Source of the DNA: Octopus sinensis | Lineage: Eukaryota | Assembly (NCBI RefSeq): GCF_006345805.1 | Contig: NW_021823991.1 | Coordinates: 1 to 20,551 of the forward strand | Direction of reading: 5' to 3' | Length of the DNA stretch: 20,551 nucleotides | Part shown: positions 8,542 to 19,429 of the stretch, one piece after another | Position numbering within the stretch: position 1 is the stretch's first letter | Layout of the letters: each line of letters opens with the position of its first letter | The notes under the pieces: generated by a model | What the model saw: only the letters and a program-made list of their open reading frames with translations | Databases searched by the model: none | Told to the model about the DNA's origin: nothing | Program-made: the position numbers and the translations under genes

Positions 8542-10060
8542 CATGACTAGTTTTCCTCCTCCTGCAGTCTCTAAGTACACTTTAGTCTATCAGGAATTGA
8601 TCCTTGGTACTTCTGCACTTACGCTTGCAACCTTTCTGCTCATGTGGCAGGACTCCATTTTTTCCAGATGTTCGGACATTGCGAGTATTCCAGTCAATCA
8701 TTTCCACATAAGTGGCAAACAGGATATCGGCCTGTAATTGTCTACCGTATTGCCTTTTTCCATGTTTTTTTCAGGCACAGCGCTGTCCTACCCAATGCCA
8801 ACCTCTCTGATATTACTTGGTCGGCTTTTAACAAGGTGTTGAGTTTCGCAGCTATTCGTGCATGACATTCACCAAATTTTTTGATCCAGTAGCCTTGGTC
8901 CCGGGGGCCTTCCAGTTGCTCATTGTTTTGCTGATTTCCTTCACTTCCTTAACTGAAATGACTAGTTCTGCTTGTTTTAGACAGACTACTATCCAAATTC
9001 TTTGGTCGTATCTTACCATCTTTGCTTTCTTTGCAACGAGGCGCTGTTTCAGTTCCCCCATTACTACTTTCAGGCCATTTCTTTCAATATTATACTTTCT
9101 TTAAATCGCCCTGTATTTTTGTTTTCTTTGAAGCTCCCCTTTCTCTTTTCGGTCTACCACAGAGATTTCCTTCGAGAGCAAGTCTGACCCTGTCTGTGTT
9201 CTTCTTTACCACCATGGATCTTTTCTTTTGCCATTCCCATTATGTTTTTTTTTTTTCTTGATATCAACCCCCAAATTTTCTGCTCAACAATACTTGCTGC
9301 CTTGATCAAATTATTTTTTTCTGTGATGTTGTTTGTTTTGATGTATTTCAGAATTACATTGTCATTTTTCGTTTCTTGGTCCAATTTCCATCGATCAACC
9401 TTTTTAGCAAATAATGTCGCTATATCATTCTCCTGTAGTCTTACCTTTATTCTGTAGTAGATCTGTTCATCTGTCATGTCGCCATTAGTTTTATTGTCTT
9501 CTTTTAGATCGTCTATATGTCTCTAATCAAGTAGACTACCACTGCTCCTTTCCTGTGCTATGAGTTTACTCTTATTATTAAGAACTGTATTTTCCTTGTT
9601 ATCTCTGCTACTATATTCCATGACCCGTCTTTTGATAGCTTCGAGCTCTACTTCTGTGAACCAACAAGTTTTTCTTATTGCTCTAGCTTGACCACATAGA
9701 CTCTTTTCCGTGAGTTGAATCAATCCCTTTTCTCTCCCAGGATCATACATACATTATGAGTAACCCCTAGTTTGAGCACCATTTTCATCTACCGCGCTGC
9801 TCAGGTACTAACACTCCATGACCACAGCATTAATTTGCTTCCTCAATCTACGCCGTGTGTGGTTGTCCCTTTCTGGATATTGGCAGGCTGGAGCCGGATC
9901 AGAATCTCTAAGCCTACCGGGTGTAACATTGTCACCATCACGGGCAACAGTTTCATTACCACCGTTATTCACAATATTTTGTTTTTTCATTGTCACACAT
10001 ATGAGGTAGCGATTATTAGGTTGCGTAATTACCAGTGTTTTTATTGTGACACCATCACCA
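8541..10060 (-). mobile_element. R4/Dong-clade non-LTR retrotransposon, 5' half (N-terminal region to early RT), internally deleted and 3'-truncated
   Basis: Minus translation: INAVVMEC, REKGLIQLTEKSLCGQARAIRK, ILKYIKTNNITEKNNLIKAAS, ELKQRLVAKKAKMVRY, NWKAPG (about 8900-17), NYRPISCLPLMWK, LPHEQKGCKRKCRSTKDQFLID. These match the R4/Dong ORF pattern as recalled. Confidence 0.85.
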
Positions 10061-10064
10061 ATTA

Positions 10065-10097
<33 letters not shown>

Positions 10098-10116
10098 TAT
10101 TATTATTATTATATCA

Positions 10117-10186
<70 letters not shown>

Positions 10187-10242
10187 CATCATCATCATCA
10201 TCATATTCTTCTTCTTCTTTTCTTCTTCTTCTTCTTCTTCTC

Positions 10243-10282
<40 letters not shown>

Positions 10283-10382
10283 CATCTCATCATCATCATT
10301 ATTCTTCTTCTTCTTCTTCTTCTTTCTTCCTATTCTTCTTCTTCTTCTTCTTCTTCTTCTTATTATTATTATTATTATTATT
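10061..10382. repeat. Compound trinucleotide microsatellite (TAT)n(CAT)n(TCT)n(TAT)n(CAT)n(TCT)n(TAT)n
   Basis: Direct reading. It is the source of the poly-Y/L/I/S ORFs in the ORF track. Confidence 0.97.
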
Positions 10383-11394
10383 CTGTTCATTGCTTGGGTG
10401 CCTTTCAATTACTAAGTGCTAGCATCTATGAGAAACTAGTCACGCGTGTGTTTTTGTAAAGTTTCATAAGAGACGGGTTCTTAGACCCAGTGCATAAGCT
10501 AGGTTTATGTAGAATATTCTTAATAGGAGTATGGAGTAACATACCCTTGGTAAACAAAAAGCGATGGGGTATTCCTATCTATACCTGTCTATACTCACTC
10601 TCATGCAAGCATACATACATATAACAACAGAACCACAGATGCACCTATACTACCACTAACCAGATATACATTCACACCCATATACATGTGCGTACATAAT
10701 TATATACATGCATATCCAAACTCGATCATACACACACCCTTATCACCACACATGCGCACACAGGTATATATCCATTTCCAGAGCTTTGGATACATTTGTG
10801 TGTAAACACACAGAAGCCCATGGCTTCTTGCATAGCCTCTCATATATACAAAATATATATATAATATATATACATGCTCATACATATACCTATATATGTT
10901 TATATATATACACACACACACACTTGGAACTAGCACTTGGGTAAGAATAATTGCGTACACTACAAGCAGTATATTGGACAGATACTATCACTTAGTTGGT
11001 TTCTCAGCGCCTAACACAGATATATATATGTGTGTGTGTGTGTATGTAAGGTAATATATAAAATCCATTGATCGAGGTGTAGGGAAAGCGATCGAAGACA
11101 ATAGTGCGTTATTGAAGCGGAAGTTTCGGAGTTTTTACGTATCGAAGTTCGATACGTTGAAAAAAATTTCTTTTCCTATTTCTCGGTAGGCGATTAGGGT
11201 TGCCCGGTGTGCGAATTAGAATACAAGAATTAAGGAACGGAATCGATAGGATCCGGGTTACGTATGTTTCATAGCAAGCGGAACCTTGGCAATGGCAAAT
11301 AACCGATTGTTGTATACTGGAGGCTGCTTTTCAAGGCGAAAGATATCTTGATTAAATGAAAGTTTACATTGTCGCAAGGAGGTATACATACTTG

Positions 11395-11587
11395 TGTCAG
11401 TCGACTGTTGCCATACTTGGGCAACGCCAGGAAAGATTTTAGTCGAATGGTGAATAGACCCCAGGTTTTATTTGTTTAGCCTGATACTTATTCTATCAAT
11501 GCAGAGCCGCTAAGTTATGTCGAGGAATATGGACCACCACCGGCTACGAAGTGGATGTTGCGATACACACAAACACTGAAATGCGCG

Positions 11588-11637
<50 letters not shown>

Positions 11638-11690
11638 CACACACACACAACACAGACACACACACAAACAGATTTAGAAGACAGTTAGAA
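11395..11690 (-). mobile_element. Degenerate 3' half of SINE family A plus (CA)n
   Basis: GACCCCAGG..TACTTATTCTATC..GCCGCTAAGTTA..CACCACCGG aligns with 297-385 and 4004-4070. Confidence 0.65.
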
Positions 11691-11744
11691 ATCAGGCAGA
11701 CATACAACAGATAGATACATAGACAGACAGACAGAAAGACACAC

Positions 11745-12495
11745 AGGTGCTGGTGGATGATGTGGGCTGGTCACTGAATCATGATTTATCGCCCCGCCTC
11801 AAAATTTCTGCTGAGTGATAGTGTAGATTCCAAGGGTTTTGCTGTTGTTGAGCTTCTTCAGGGTGTCCCTGACCACGTCGGGGTGATAGGACACAACCTG
11901 TAAGTGATGTGGTTGCGGATGAGTCTATAGCGACGGTTAGGCTGCGATGGATAGGAACAGTTGGGTGATGGAGAAGAAGGCTAAAGTTCTCCTTCCAGCG
12001 TTTGAAGCAGGTGGTTTCCTTGACTACGGCGTTACCATTGGTATCATTCACCTGTGCTGTCTTGAACTGGAGACAAGCACAGGCTCTTTGGAGCATGTTC
12101 AACACCTGGTGTATCTCGTCGCTCTTTGATGCTGCCTCCAGACGTTCGGCTTCTTCTGCCCAGAATTTCCCTCTTTTATCTGAGATGGGCATTGCTGCAT
12201 TTCGGGTCGATCCTGCTGTACTCATTCATGTCGCCACGCATTCGGGCCTCCCGGTGGTAATTGATTACCTTCGAGATCCTTCGGAAGAAGTATTGTGTTT
12301 ACCAGGAAATAATGTGCAGACTGGTTGACATTTGATTTGAAGATCTCTCAGTTGACAGTCTCATTGTTAGCCAGGGTAATGAAGCGATTGATCAAAGAAC
12401 CCGCGAATATTGAGGCGCGATGTTAGGATCATGGAGGCAGGAGGAATCATGGCGGGGATGGTTCTTGGTGACGAGATTCACTTGCAACTTAAATA
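11745..12495 (-). mobile_element. RTE-clade LINE fragment (endonuclease-RT linker to start of RT), inverted relative to the adjoining RT segment
   Basis: Minus translation with frameshifts: DKRGKFWAEEAERLEAAS, DTNGNAVVKE..RWKENFSLLL, PDVVRDTLKKLNNSKTLGIYTIT-AEILRRGDKSMI. Confidence 0.75.
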
Positions 12496-12830
12496 TGAGT
12501 GTCCCAACCAGTAATCGAATGTTCTCAAGCTTGTCGACGCGCCTCCAAAGATCACCACCCTGTTCCAACAGGTGTATAGCAGTACCGAGTGCTGCATGCG
12601 GGTGAACGGCAAGGATTCTGACTGGTTCTCTATTAACAGGGGATCAAAAAGATTGCAAGGTCACCCCTGATCTTTTCAACTGTATCATCGATTGTCTGAT
12701 GGCCAAGGTCTGTAAGAAAGTATCTGGTGGTGCCTTCGAGACTTAACCATTTTACCAACCTGGCGTATACGAACAATACTACTCTATTGAGCAAATTGAT
12801 CGACCCGGTCGGAGATGCACTCACCATACA
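12496..12830 (+). mobile_element. RTE-clade LINE fragment, RT domains 3-5 (degenerate)
   Basis: Plus translation: NVLKLVDAPPKITTLFQQVYSSTECCMRVNGKDSDWFSINRG..PDLFNCIIDCLM..FTNLAYTNNTTL (YADD decayed to YTNN at 12766-77). Confidence 0.75.
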
Positions 12831-13228
12831 CAACTTATAAGGCTTTGGTCAGCTCACGGCTATAACAGAAGATAATTGCTTCTTGCCACAGTTACTCTTG
12901 TGCCTACGAACGTGTGTAATACGTGTGTGTGTGTGTATGTGTGTGTGTGTGTGTGTTTGTGTCAGTATTTCTCTCTCTATAAAGGAATAAGATCCAGGTC
13001 TGTAAGCGTCAAGCAGTGTGTGGCAGGTTTTTGTAGAGTAAAAGAGGACAGTGTACAATAAGAAGCAGTAACAATGTGTTGGCATCGAGATTTGCACACT
13101 TTTTCCGAAATCAAATTTCCAAGGAAATTTCGATAAATAGTTGAGAGATCGCAACTAGAGCTGTAACAAACATGAATAAAAACCCAGTTTGGATACACAC
13201 ACACACACACAAACACACACAGAAATGC

Positions 13229-13377
13229 GTGTGTGTGATAAGAAGCTTGCTTAGGAACCAATTGGATCTGAGTTTAGTCCCACTACGTGGCACCTTCGGC
13301 AAGTGTTTTCTACTATAGTCTCGGGCCAACCAATGCCTTGTGACTGGATTTGGTAGACGAAAACTGAAAGAAGCCCG

Positions 13378-13414
<37 letters not shown>

Positions 13415-13703
13415 ATATATATGTATGTGTGTGTGCGTGTGCTTGCGTGTGTGTGTGTGCGTGCGTGTGTGTGTAGTATGTGTGTGTATGTGTGCGTTAG
13501 TGTTTGTGTATCTGTGTTTATCCCCCCGCCAACATCGTTTGACAACCGATGCTGGAGTGTTTACATCCCTCTAATTTAGCGGTTCGGAAAGAGACTGAGA
13601 ATAATTAATAGGTTTACCAAGAATATATCTTGGGGTCGATTTGCTCGCCTAATAGTGGTGCTCCTGTATGGCTGCAGTCAAATGACTGAAGCAAGTAAAA
13701 AGA
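13229..13703 (+). mobile_element. SINE family A, near full length
   Basis: GTGTGATAAGAAGCTTGC..GAGTTTAGTCCCACTACGTGGCACCTTCGGCAAG..GGATTTGGTAGACG..(micro)..GGGGTCGATTTG..AAATGACTGAAGCAAGTAAAA. Confidence 0.88.
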
Positions 13704-13824
13704 ACACAAGAATACATTTGACAGTTTTCACAAAAGGAAAATAAAACTCCTTATCATATCCAAAAATAAGCGTTTTAAAAATTCAAATCGTGTCAAAACT
13801 AGGTTTTGGCTGAGAGATAAAGGT

Positions 13825-14430
13825 TTACTGAAATTATCTGCCCTTCACTTCCTCCACAGCCTCAACACATCTTCAAAGCCTGGCATATGCGTTCCTCACT
13901 GTGTCCTTGGGGATATTTTCGAACCCCTCTTTGATCTTGGTCATCACTTGGACTTAGCGCTGCAGGAAGAGTGGTTGGTATCTTTCTCAATTGCGCCCCT
14001 CACATAGTCATCCAGGGTATTACAATCAGGGAAATTAGAAGACCAGAAATTCGGGCTGGGGCAGTCGTAGAAAATCTCCAACAATCACGTCTGGTTCCTT
14101 CCAGCAGTATGACGAAGAGATGAATCTTGCTGACACACATATGACCTTCCAATGGCAATCCTCTCCAGCCAGAGTTTGATCCCAGTCTACAGCAGTTTCA
14201 CAAAGCTGTCTGTGTAGAGCGTAACTCACTGCCTGCTCAACGATTGGCAATGAATTGTGGGTGTGCAGACACAATCAGAACTCCTACTATGTCCCTTCCA
14301 GTAGCTACAGATTCACAGTCTCATGCGTGTGTCACATCTCACAGCCTTACAGCATTCACAGAGCATTGAGCATCAGTCATGATGTTGGCATTTTGATATC
14401 CACCAAAAATTACAATGATACAGGAAACTC
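13825..14430 (-). mobile_element. Tc1/mariner-superfamily DD37D (maT-type) transposase remnant, internally deleted
   Basis: Minus translation VKLL*TGIKLWLERIAIGRSYVCQQDSSLRHT..FWSSNFPDCNTLDDYVRGAIEKDTN..KDTVRNAYARL*..F Q*. D codons at 14124-26 and 14010-12 are 38 codons apart (D-x37-D). Confidence 0.85.
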
Positions 14431-14556
14431 TTTTCAAATATTCAGAAATTTAATCTCCATGGTCTCCAACGCTGTTGACTGTTCACTAATGCATAAAGCT
14501 CTTGAGGAAAAGAAGTAGACTAAACAAATCACCAAATTTGTATATTTATAATATAT

Positions 14557-15000
14557 ACAAGCGCTCACCCGACCTTTGACCCAGTGTGTACTCTACACAA
14601 ATGTATTCATAAAACATCTATCGTAATGCTTATGTATTAAGATCTTCGTTAAAGGTTACTAGTCGCTCCTCTCCAAAAGATAAAGTTTTAAATTCCAACC
14701 TGACTTGTCGTTACTTTGATGTTTCCTCTTCTCTTGAGCAGGCATTTTTTATCTGCGTTACTTTGAAGTTGTTCTGTTAACATATATTCTCTTAAGCTGG
14801 CTTTTCTAATGGCTTGAGACTCGAACCTCTGTCGTTTCCCCTCTGGTGTCTCTTGTTCCCTCCAGCAGGCTTGCCTAGTTGTTTGAAACTGATGTTTTAC
14901 TTCCTGTTGCTGTTGTGTCTCTACGACATTTCTTTGTCTCCGTGCCTGCCCTACTTTTCTTCTCGTGTCTCCATACACCTTCAACTCCGGGAGCTTTGAG
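14557..15000 (-). mobile_element. Probable non-autonomous Helitron derivative: degenerate 3' end plus an ETxE-R-R charged-repeat coding remnant
   Basis: 14557-14646 is homologous to 16171-16258, which ends on the minus strand in CTAGT (here CTTGT). ORF 14688-14984 has REQETPEGKRQRFESQAIRKASLRE, like the N-terminal repeats of Helitron RepHel proteins. Confidence 0.4.
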
Positions 15001-15518
15001 CTTCAGATGATTGAAAAAATATTATGTTGTCTTCTACGCATCATACTGAATGTTCTGAAGTAAAATATCTAAAAAAAAATCCACAATAAGTCCCGTACCA
15101 TCCAATTCATTTTTATGGTTTCTAAATTCAATCACGTGACTTTATTTCATTCGTTTACCAAACTTCATAAAAATCGGTTCAATAAATTTTCATTTATCAT
15201 TATACATCTATATGTATGTGTGTGTATACACTCATACATACGCATACATATTTATATACACCTATGCATATGCTTGTGTATGTGTCTGTGTGAGTGGGTA
15301 AATGTGTGTTCGTACCTGTATGTTTCTTTACATTTCGTTCATCGATGAATTGTGTAAAAATTATGTTCATCTTAGAAAAGAAAATATTTTGAAAACAAAT
15401 TAATTTAATATTGACAAACAATAAAGAAGTGGAATGGAACCAGTGCGTGTGTTAATGATATTGGCATAATGATTCCTGGACACTACAAAATTCATATATG
15501 TATATATATGTGTATATA

Positions 15519-15852
15519 GTCACAGGAATGGCTGTGTGGTAAGAAGCTTGCTTCCCCACCACATGGTTCTGCGTTCAATTCCTTGAAGCCTTGAGATTGA
15601 ATTTGGTAGATGGGAAGTGAAAGAAGCCCGTCGCATATATATATATGTGTGTGTTTATATTTACTCTTCATCATCGATTGGCAACCGGTGTTGGTGTGTT
15701 TACATTCCCATAAATTTGCGGCTCGCTTAAGGTTGCCGATAGAATAAGTACTAGGCTGAAAAAAATGTCCGGGGGTCGATTTGTTCAACAAGAACCCTTC
15801 AAGGTGGTGCTTCAGAATGGTCGCTGTCAAATGCCTGAAACAAGTAAAAGAT
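15519..15852 (+). mobile_element. SINE family A with internal deletion of the CCTTGGGCAAG segment
   Basis: GTCACAGGAATGGCTGTGTGGTAAG (A box), GCGTTCAATTCC (B box), then a jump to AAGCCTTG; 3' end AAATGCCTGAAACAAGTAAAAG. Confidence 0.85.
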
Positions 15853-15872
15853 TTTTTAATATAAATATGTGT

Positions 15873-15908
<36 letters not shown>

Positions 15909-16170
15909 AAAAGTGATAAAGTCAAGTTTCATGTATTTAGCGTCTATAACCGTAAGTAACTTCCTCCCACTCCTTTTGCTGTTTTAGCTTTCTTTCTGAC
16001 CTGTCCATAAATTATCTTTACAACTTCCACACTTCCGAACTTCAAATTGTAAACCCAGTGTTTATTTCAATGCCTCCGATTCCTCCATTTCCTCTCTCTC
16101 TTATTCTTCTCTTAGCCTATGTTATTAAGTCTGCTATGCGTATGTATGTGTGTGTGTGTGTATAATATAT

Positions 16171-16258
16171 ACTAGCAGTCGCTTGGCCTTTGTATCGGTG
16201 TGTGGTGTACACAAATGTATTCATAAAAATCTTTCGTAATGCTTATGTATTAAGATCT
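16171..16258 (-). mobile_element. Probable Helitron 3'-terminal fragment (second copy)
   Basis: The minus strand ends ..CCGATACAAAGGCCAAGCGACTGCTAGT next to a TA run. It shares TACACAAATGTATTCATAAAA..TCGTAATGCTTATGTATTAAGATCTT with 14595-14646. Confidence 0.45.
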
Positions 16259-16294
16259 TAGGACACACACACACACAGACATATATATATATAT

Positions 16295-16835
16295 ATTTAC
16301 AGAAGAAAGACGAAGCCAGGTGAGGGCACAACAAGAAGGTGTATTCGTTTGACGCTTGGGAAAAAATGGGAAAGTCTTTGATGTTTAGAACCTACGCTCT
16401 TCGACAGAAAGGATTGAGGGGGGAAAATGGAGAGAGAGAAAATTGTGTAGGAATTAACGGTTGAACATGATGAAATTTCTGGAAGAAAGAGTCTGAGATA
16501 AAGGGGGCAAATAACGCTGCCCCTACTGAACTAGGTTGCGTAAGCGCGAGTGTGCATTTAAGAAAGGTGTGTGGATGTGCATGTTTAAATGGGAACGAGT
16601 GCGTGTGAATGTATGTGTGGGGGAGCTTAAAATTATGTGGGCCTGAGTGCGCGTAAGGGAGCGTATGTGTGCGTAAATGTAGAAGTATCCTAATGTGGGC
16701 ATTGTGTAGAATGGTGTTACGTGTATTTGTGTGTGGGAGTCGTTGTGTGCATGATGGTGTGTGGTTTGGGCAGCGTGATGAACAGTGTGCAGGGGTGTTC
16801 TGATAGTGGTGTGGTGGTGATGTTACTGGTGAGTG
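16295..16835 (-). mobile_element. Possible PLE 3' or terminal fragment with a degenerate hammerhead-like motif
   Basis: Minus strand CTGTCGAA-GAGC-GTAG-GTTC-TAAAC (16407-16383). The flanking GT-rich sequence resembles recalled octopus PLE ends. No GIY-YIG or RT motif was recovered. Confidence 0.3.
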
Positions 16836-16837
16836 TG

Positions 16838-17699
<862 letters not shown>

Positions 17700-18009
17700 G
17701 TTCTAACTTTCGCTGACAACATAACGCTGACAGCGGAGAGAACTGATCACCTGTAGACCATTGCTGGACGAACTGGATTCCAGAGTTTCGGCACTCGGCT
17801 TGAAGATCAACCAAAAGAAAACCAAGAACATATGGTCTGAAGGCGTATTGATCGGTCAGCTAGCAGTCGGAAGCGACGAAATAGAAGAGGTGGACAGCTA
17901 TGTCTATCTCGCTCAAGAAGTGACTAGAGGCGAGAGATGGAGAATTATATGTTGCGAAGGTTAAGAGCAGGATGGAGAGCATTCACCTCACTGAAGGATG
18001 TGCTGAAGG
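17700..18009 (+). mobile_element. Inverted 5' segment of the same RTE insertion (RT domain 5 to thumb)
   Basis: Plus translation: LTFADNITL..LDELDSRVSALGLKINQKKTK..EIEEVDSYVYLAQEV..RRLRAGWRAFTSLKDVLK, ending at (TA)n. Confidence 0.85.
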
Positions 18010-18038
18010 TATATATATATATATATATATATATAATA

Positions 18039-18545
18039 ATATGCTGTGCGTGAGGAGACCTGGCTCGACAAGTGAGACCATAACCCGTGGCCTTTACCTG
18101 GAATGTAGCCAGTCCACTTATGCATACCTTCCCTTGTTGGGACACAAAATTCTGCTTGCGAAGACCTGTTCAGGCAAGTGAAATCGAAGTCGATCAAAAA
18201 CCAATTCAAATTGTAGTTGTGATACCAGTGCCGGTGGCACGTAAAAGAACCATCCGAACTTGGCCGTTGCCAGCGCCGCCTCCACGGGCCTCCGTGCCGG
18301 TGGCACGTAAAAAGCATCAACCGTTCGTGGTCGTTGCCAGCCTCGCCTGGCCCCTGTGCTGGTGGCACGTAAAAAGCACCCACTACACTCATGGAGTGGT
18401 TGGCGTTAGGAAGGGCGTCCAGCTGTAGAAACACTGCCAGATCAGACTGGTCTGGTGCAACCTCCTGGCTTCCCAGACCCCGGTCGAACCGTCCAACCCA
18501 TGCTAGCATGGAAAGCGGGCGTTAAGCGATGATGATGATTGAGAT
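18039..18545 (+). mobile_element. 3' end of an RTE-type LINE (ORF terminus plus long 3' UTR), or a SINE sharing that tail; (GAT)n end
   Basis: YAVREETWLDK* at the start; three GTGC(C/T)GGTGGCACGTAAAA subrepeats (18228, 18294, 18356); GGTTGGCGTTAGGAAGGGCGTCCAGCTGTAGAAAC; AACCCATGCTAGCATGGAA; GATGATGATGAT tail. Confidence 0.65.
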
Positions 18546-18569
18546 GACGATATATAATCATGTAGTCAA

Positions 18570-18763
18570 ATGATCAACTACACTGTCAGATGTTACGCAC
18601 CACTGGTCACTATGTGCTTTGCATTGTTTTACGTTTTGAATGATGCCACTCCACTGGTTAGGAAAGCAGGCGAACATTCGGAAGTCTTGGGAAAGGAAGA
18701 GCATTGCAAGAATCAAACCCACGATCTAGCTATTGTGAGGGTAACACCCGAATCACTATGCCA
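18570..18763 (-). mobile_element. Old, internally deleted tRNA-derived SINE (family D)
   Basis: Minus head GGCATAGTGATT (A-box-like)..GGGTTTGATTC (B-box-like). The body resembles a recalled octopus SINE. Confidence 0.5.
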
Positions 18764-19164
18764 TACAGATACTCACACATACACACGAGTATACACATAC
18801 ATAGACTTATATATGTGCGTATATGCATATAAAGCAATCATTTTACACCTTTTCTCCATACTACCATGGGTTGTATGAGTATATTATGAATCCATTCCTT
18901 TTGTATCTGGATCCCCTTCATGTTATTAACCCTTACCTGTTGTTCAAGGATCACTATTCCAATGGTCTGTCTATTAACAGGGAAAAGGATAATCTAATCG
19001 TTCATAGCTGAGCAATTTTCATACCACACACTCTAGCAGGTGTGTGCATATATATATATATATTATATATATATATATATGTATGCATATGTACACTCAC
19101 ACAAACACACAAACACTTCATTTTCGCAGATTATTCACTGGTCCTCATATTTTGTCCAGCGTTG

Positions 19165-19330
19165 TACGATGGGCTTCTCTCAGATTATCTCTATTTAATC
19201 CACTCAGAAGCCTTGATCAACCATGGAATTTAGAAGAGGGTACTTGCCGAAGGTGTCATGCAGTGGGACAAAACTTGTGGTTGGCGTTTCGAAGGGCATC
19301 CAACTGTAAAATCCCTTCCAAAATAGACAG
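19165..19330. mobile_element. Two fused degenerate repeat fragments: SINE family A (minus, 19165-19275) and the GGTTGGCG..GAAGGGCATCC motif (plus, 19277-19330)
   Basis: AATCCACTCAGAAGCCTTG..TACTTGCCGAAGGTGTCATGCAGTGGGAC matches family A. GGTTGGCGTTTCGAAGGGCATCCAACTGTAAAA matches 18397-18430. Confidence 0.6.
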
Positions 19331-19429
19331 TAGCCCAGAGTAGTTTTTTCATCCATTCATGAGTAAGATGGATGACAGGAGCCGTCCAGGTATATATATA
19401 TATATATATATATATTGATATGGGGGTCA

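Noticed and set aside
9772-10459. 216-aa, 137-aa and 99-aa ORFs with poly-L/Y/S/I tracts
   Set aside because: They are translations of the trinucleotide array and the antisense strand of the Dong fragment.
11060-11192. Open stretch of about 40 codons (IDRGVGKAIEDNSALLKRKF..) as a host exon
   Set aside because: No start codon, no convincing splice acceptor and no recognisable motif.
13700-14560. Terminal inverted repeats of the DD37D element
   Set aside because: No matching inverted pair or TA duplication could be identified by eye.
18228-18378. CRISPR-like repeat-spacer pattern
   Set aside because: Eukaryotic context, only three units, spacers similar to each other, no cas genes, and embedded in a retroelement tail.
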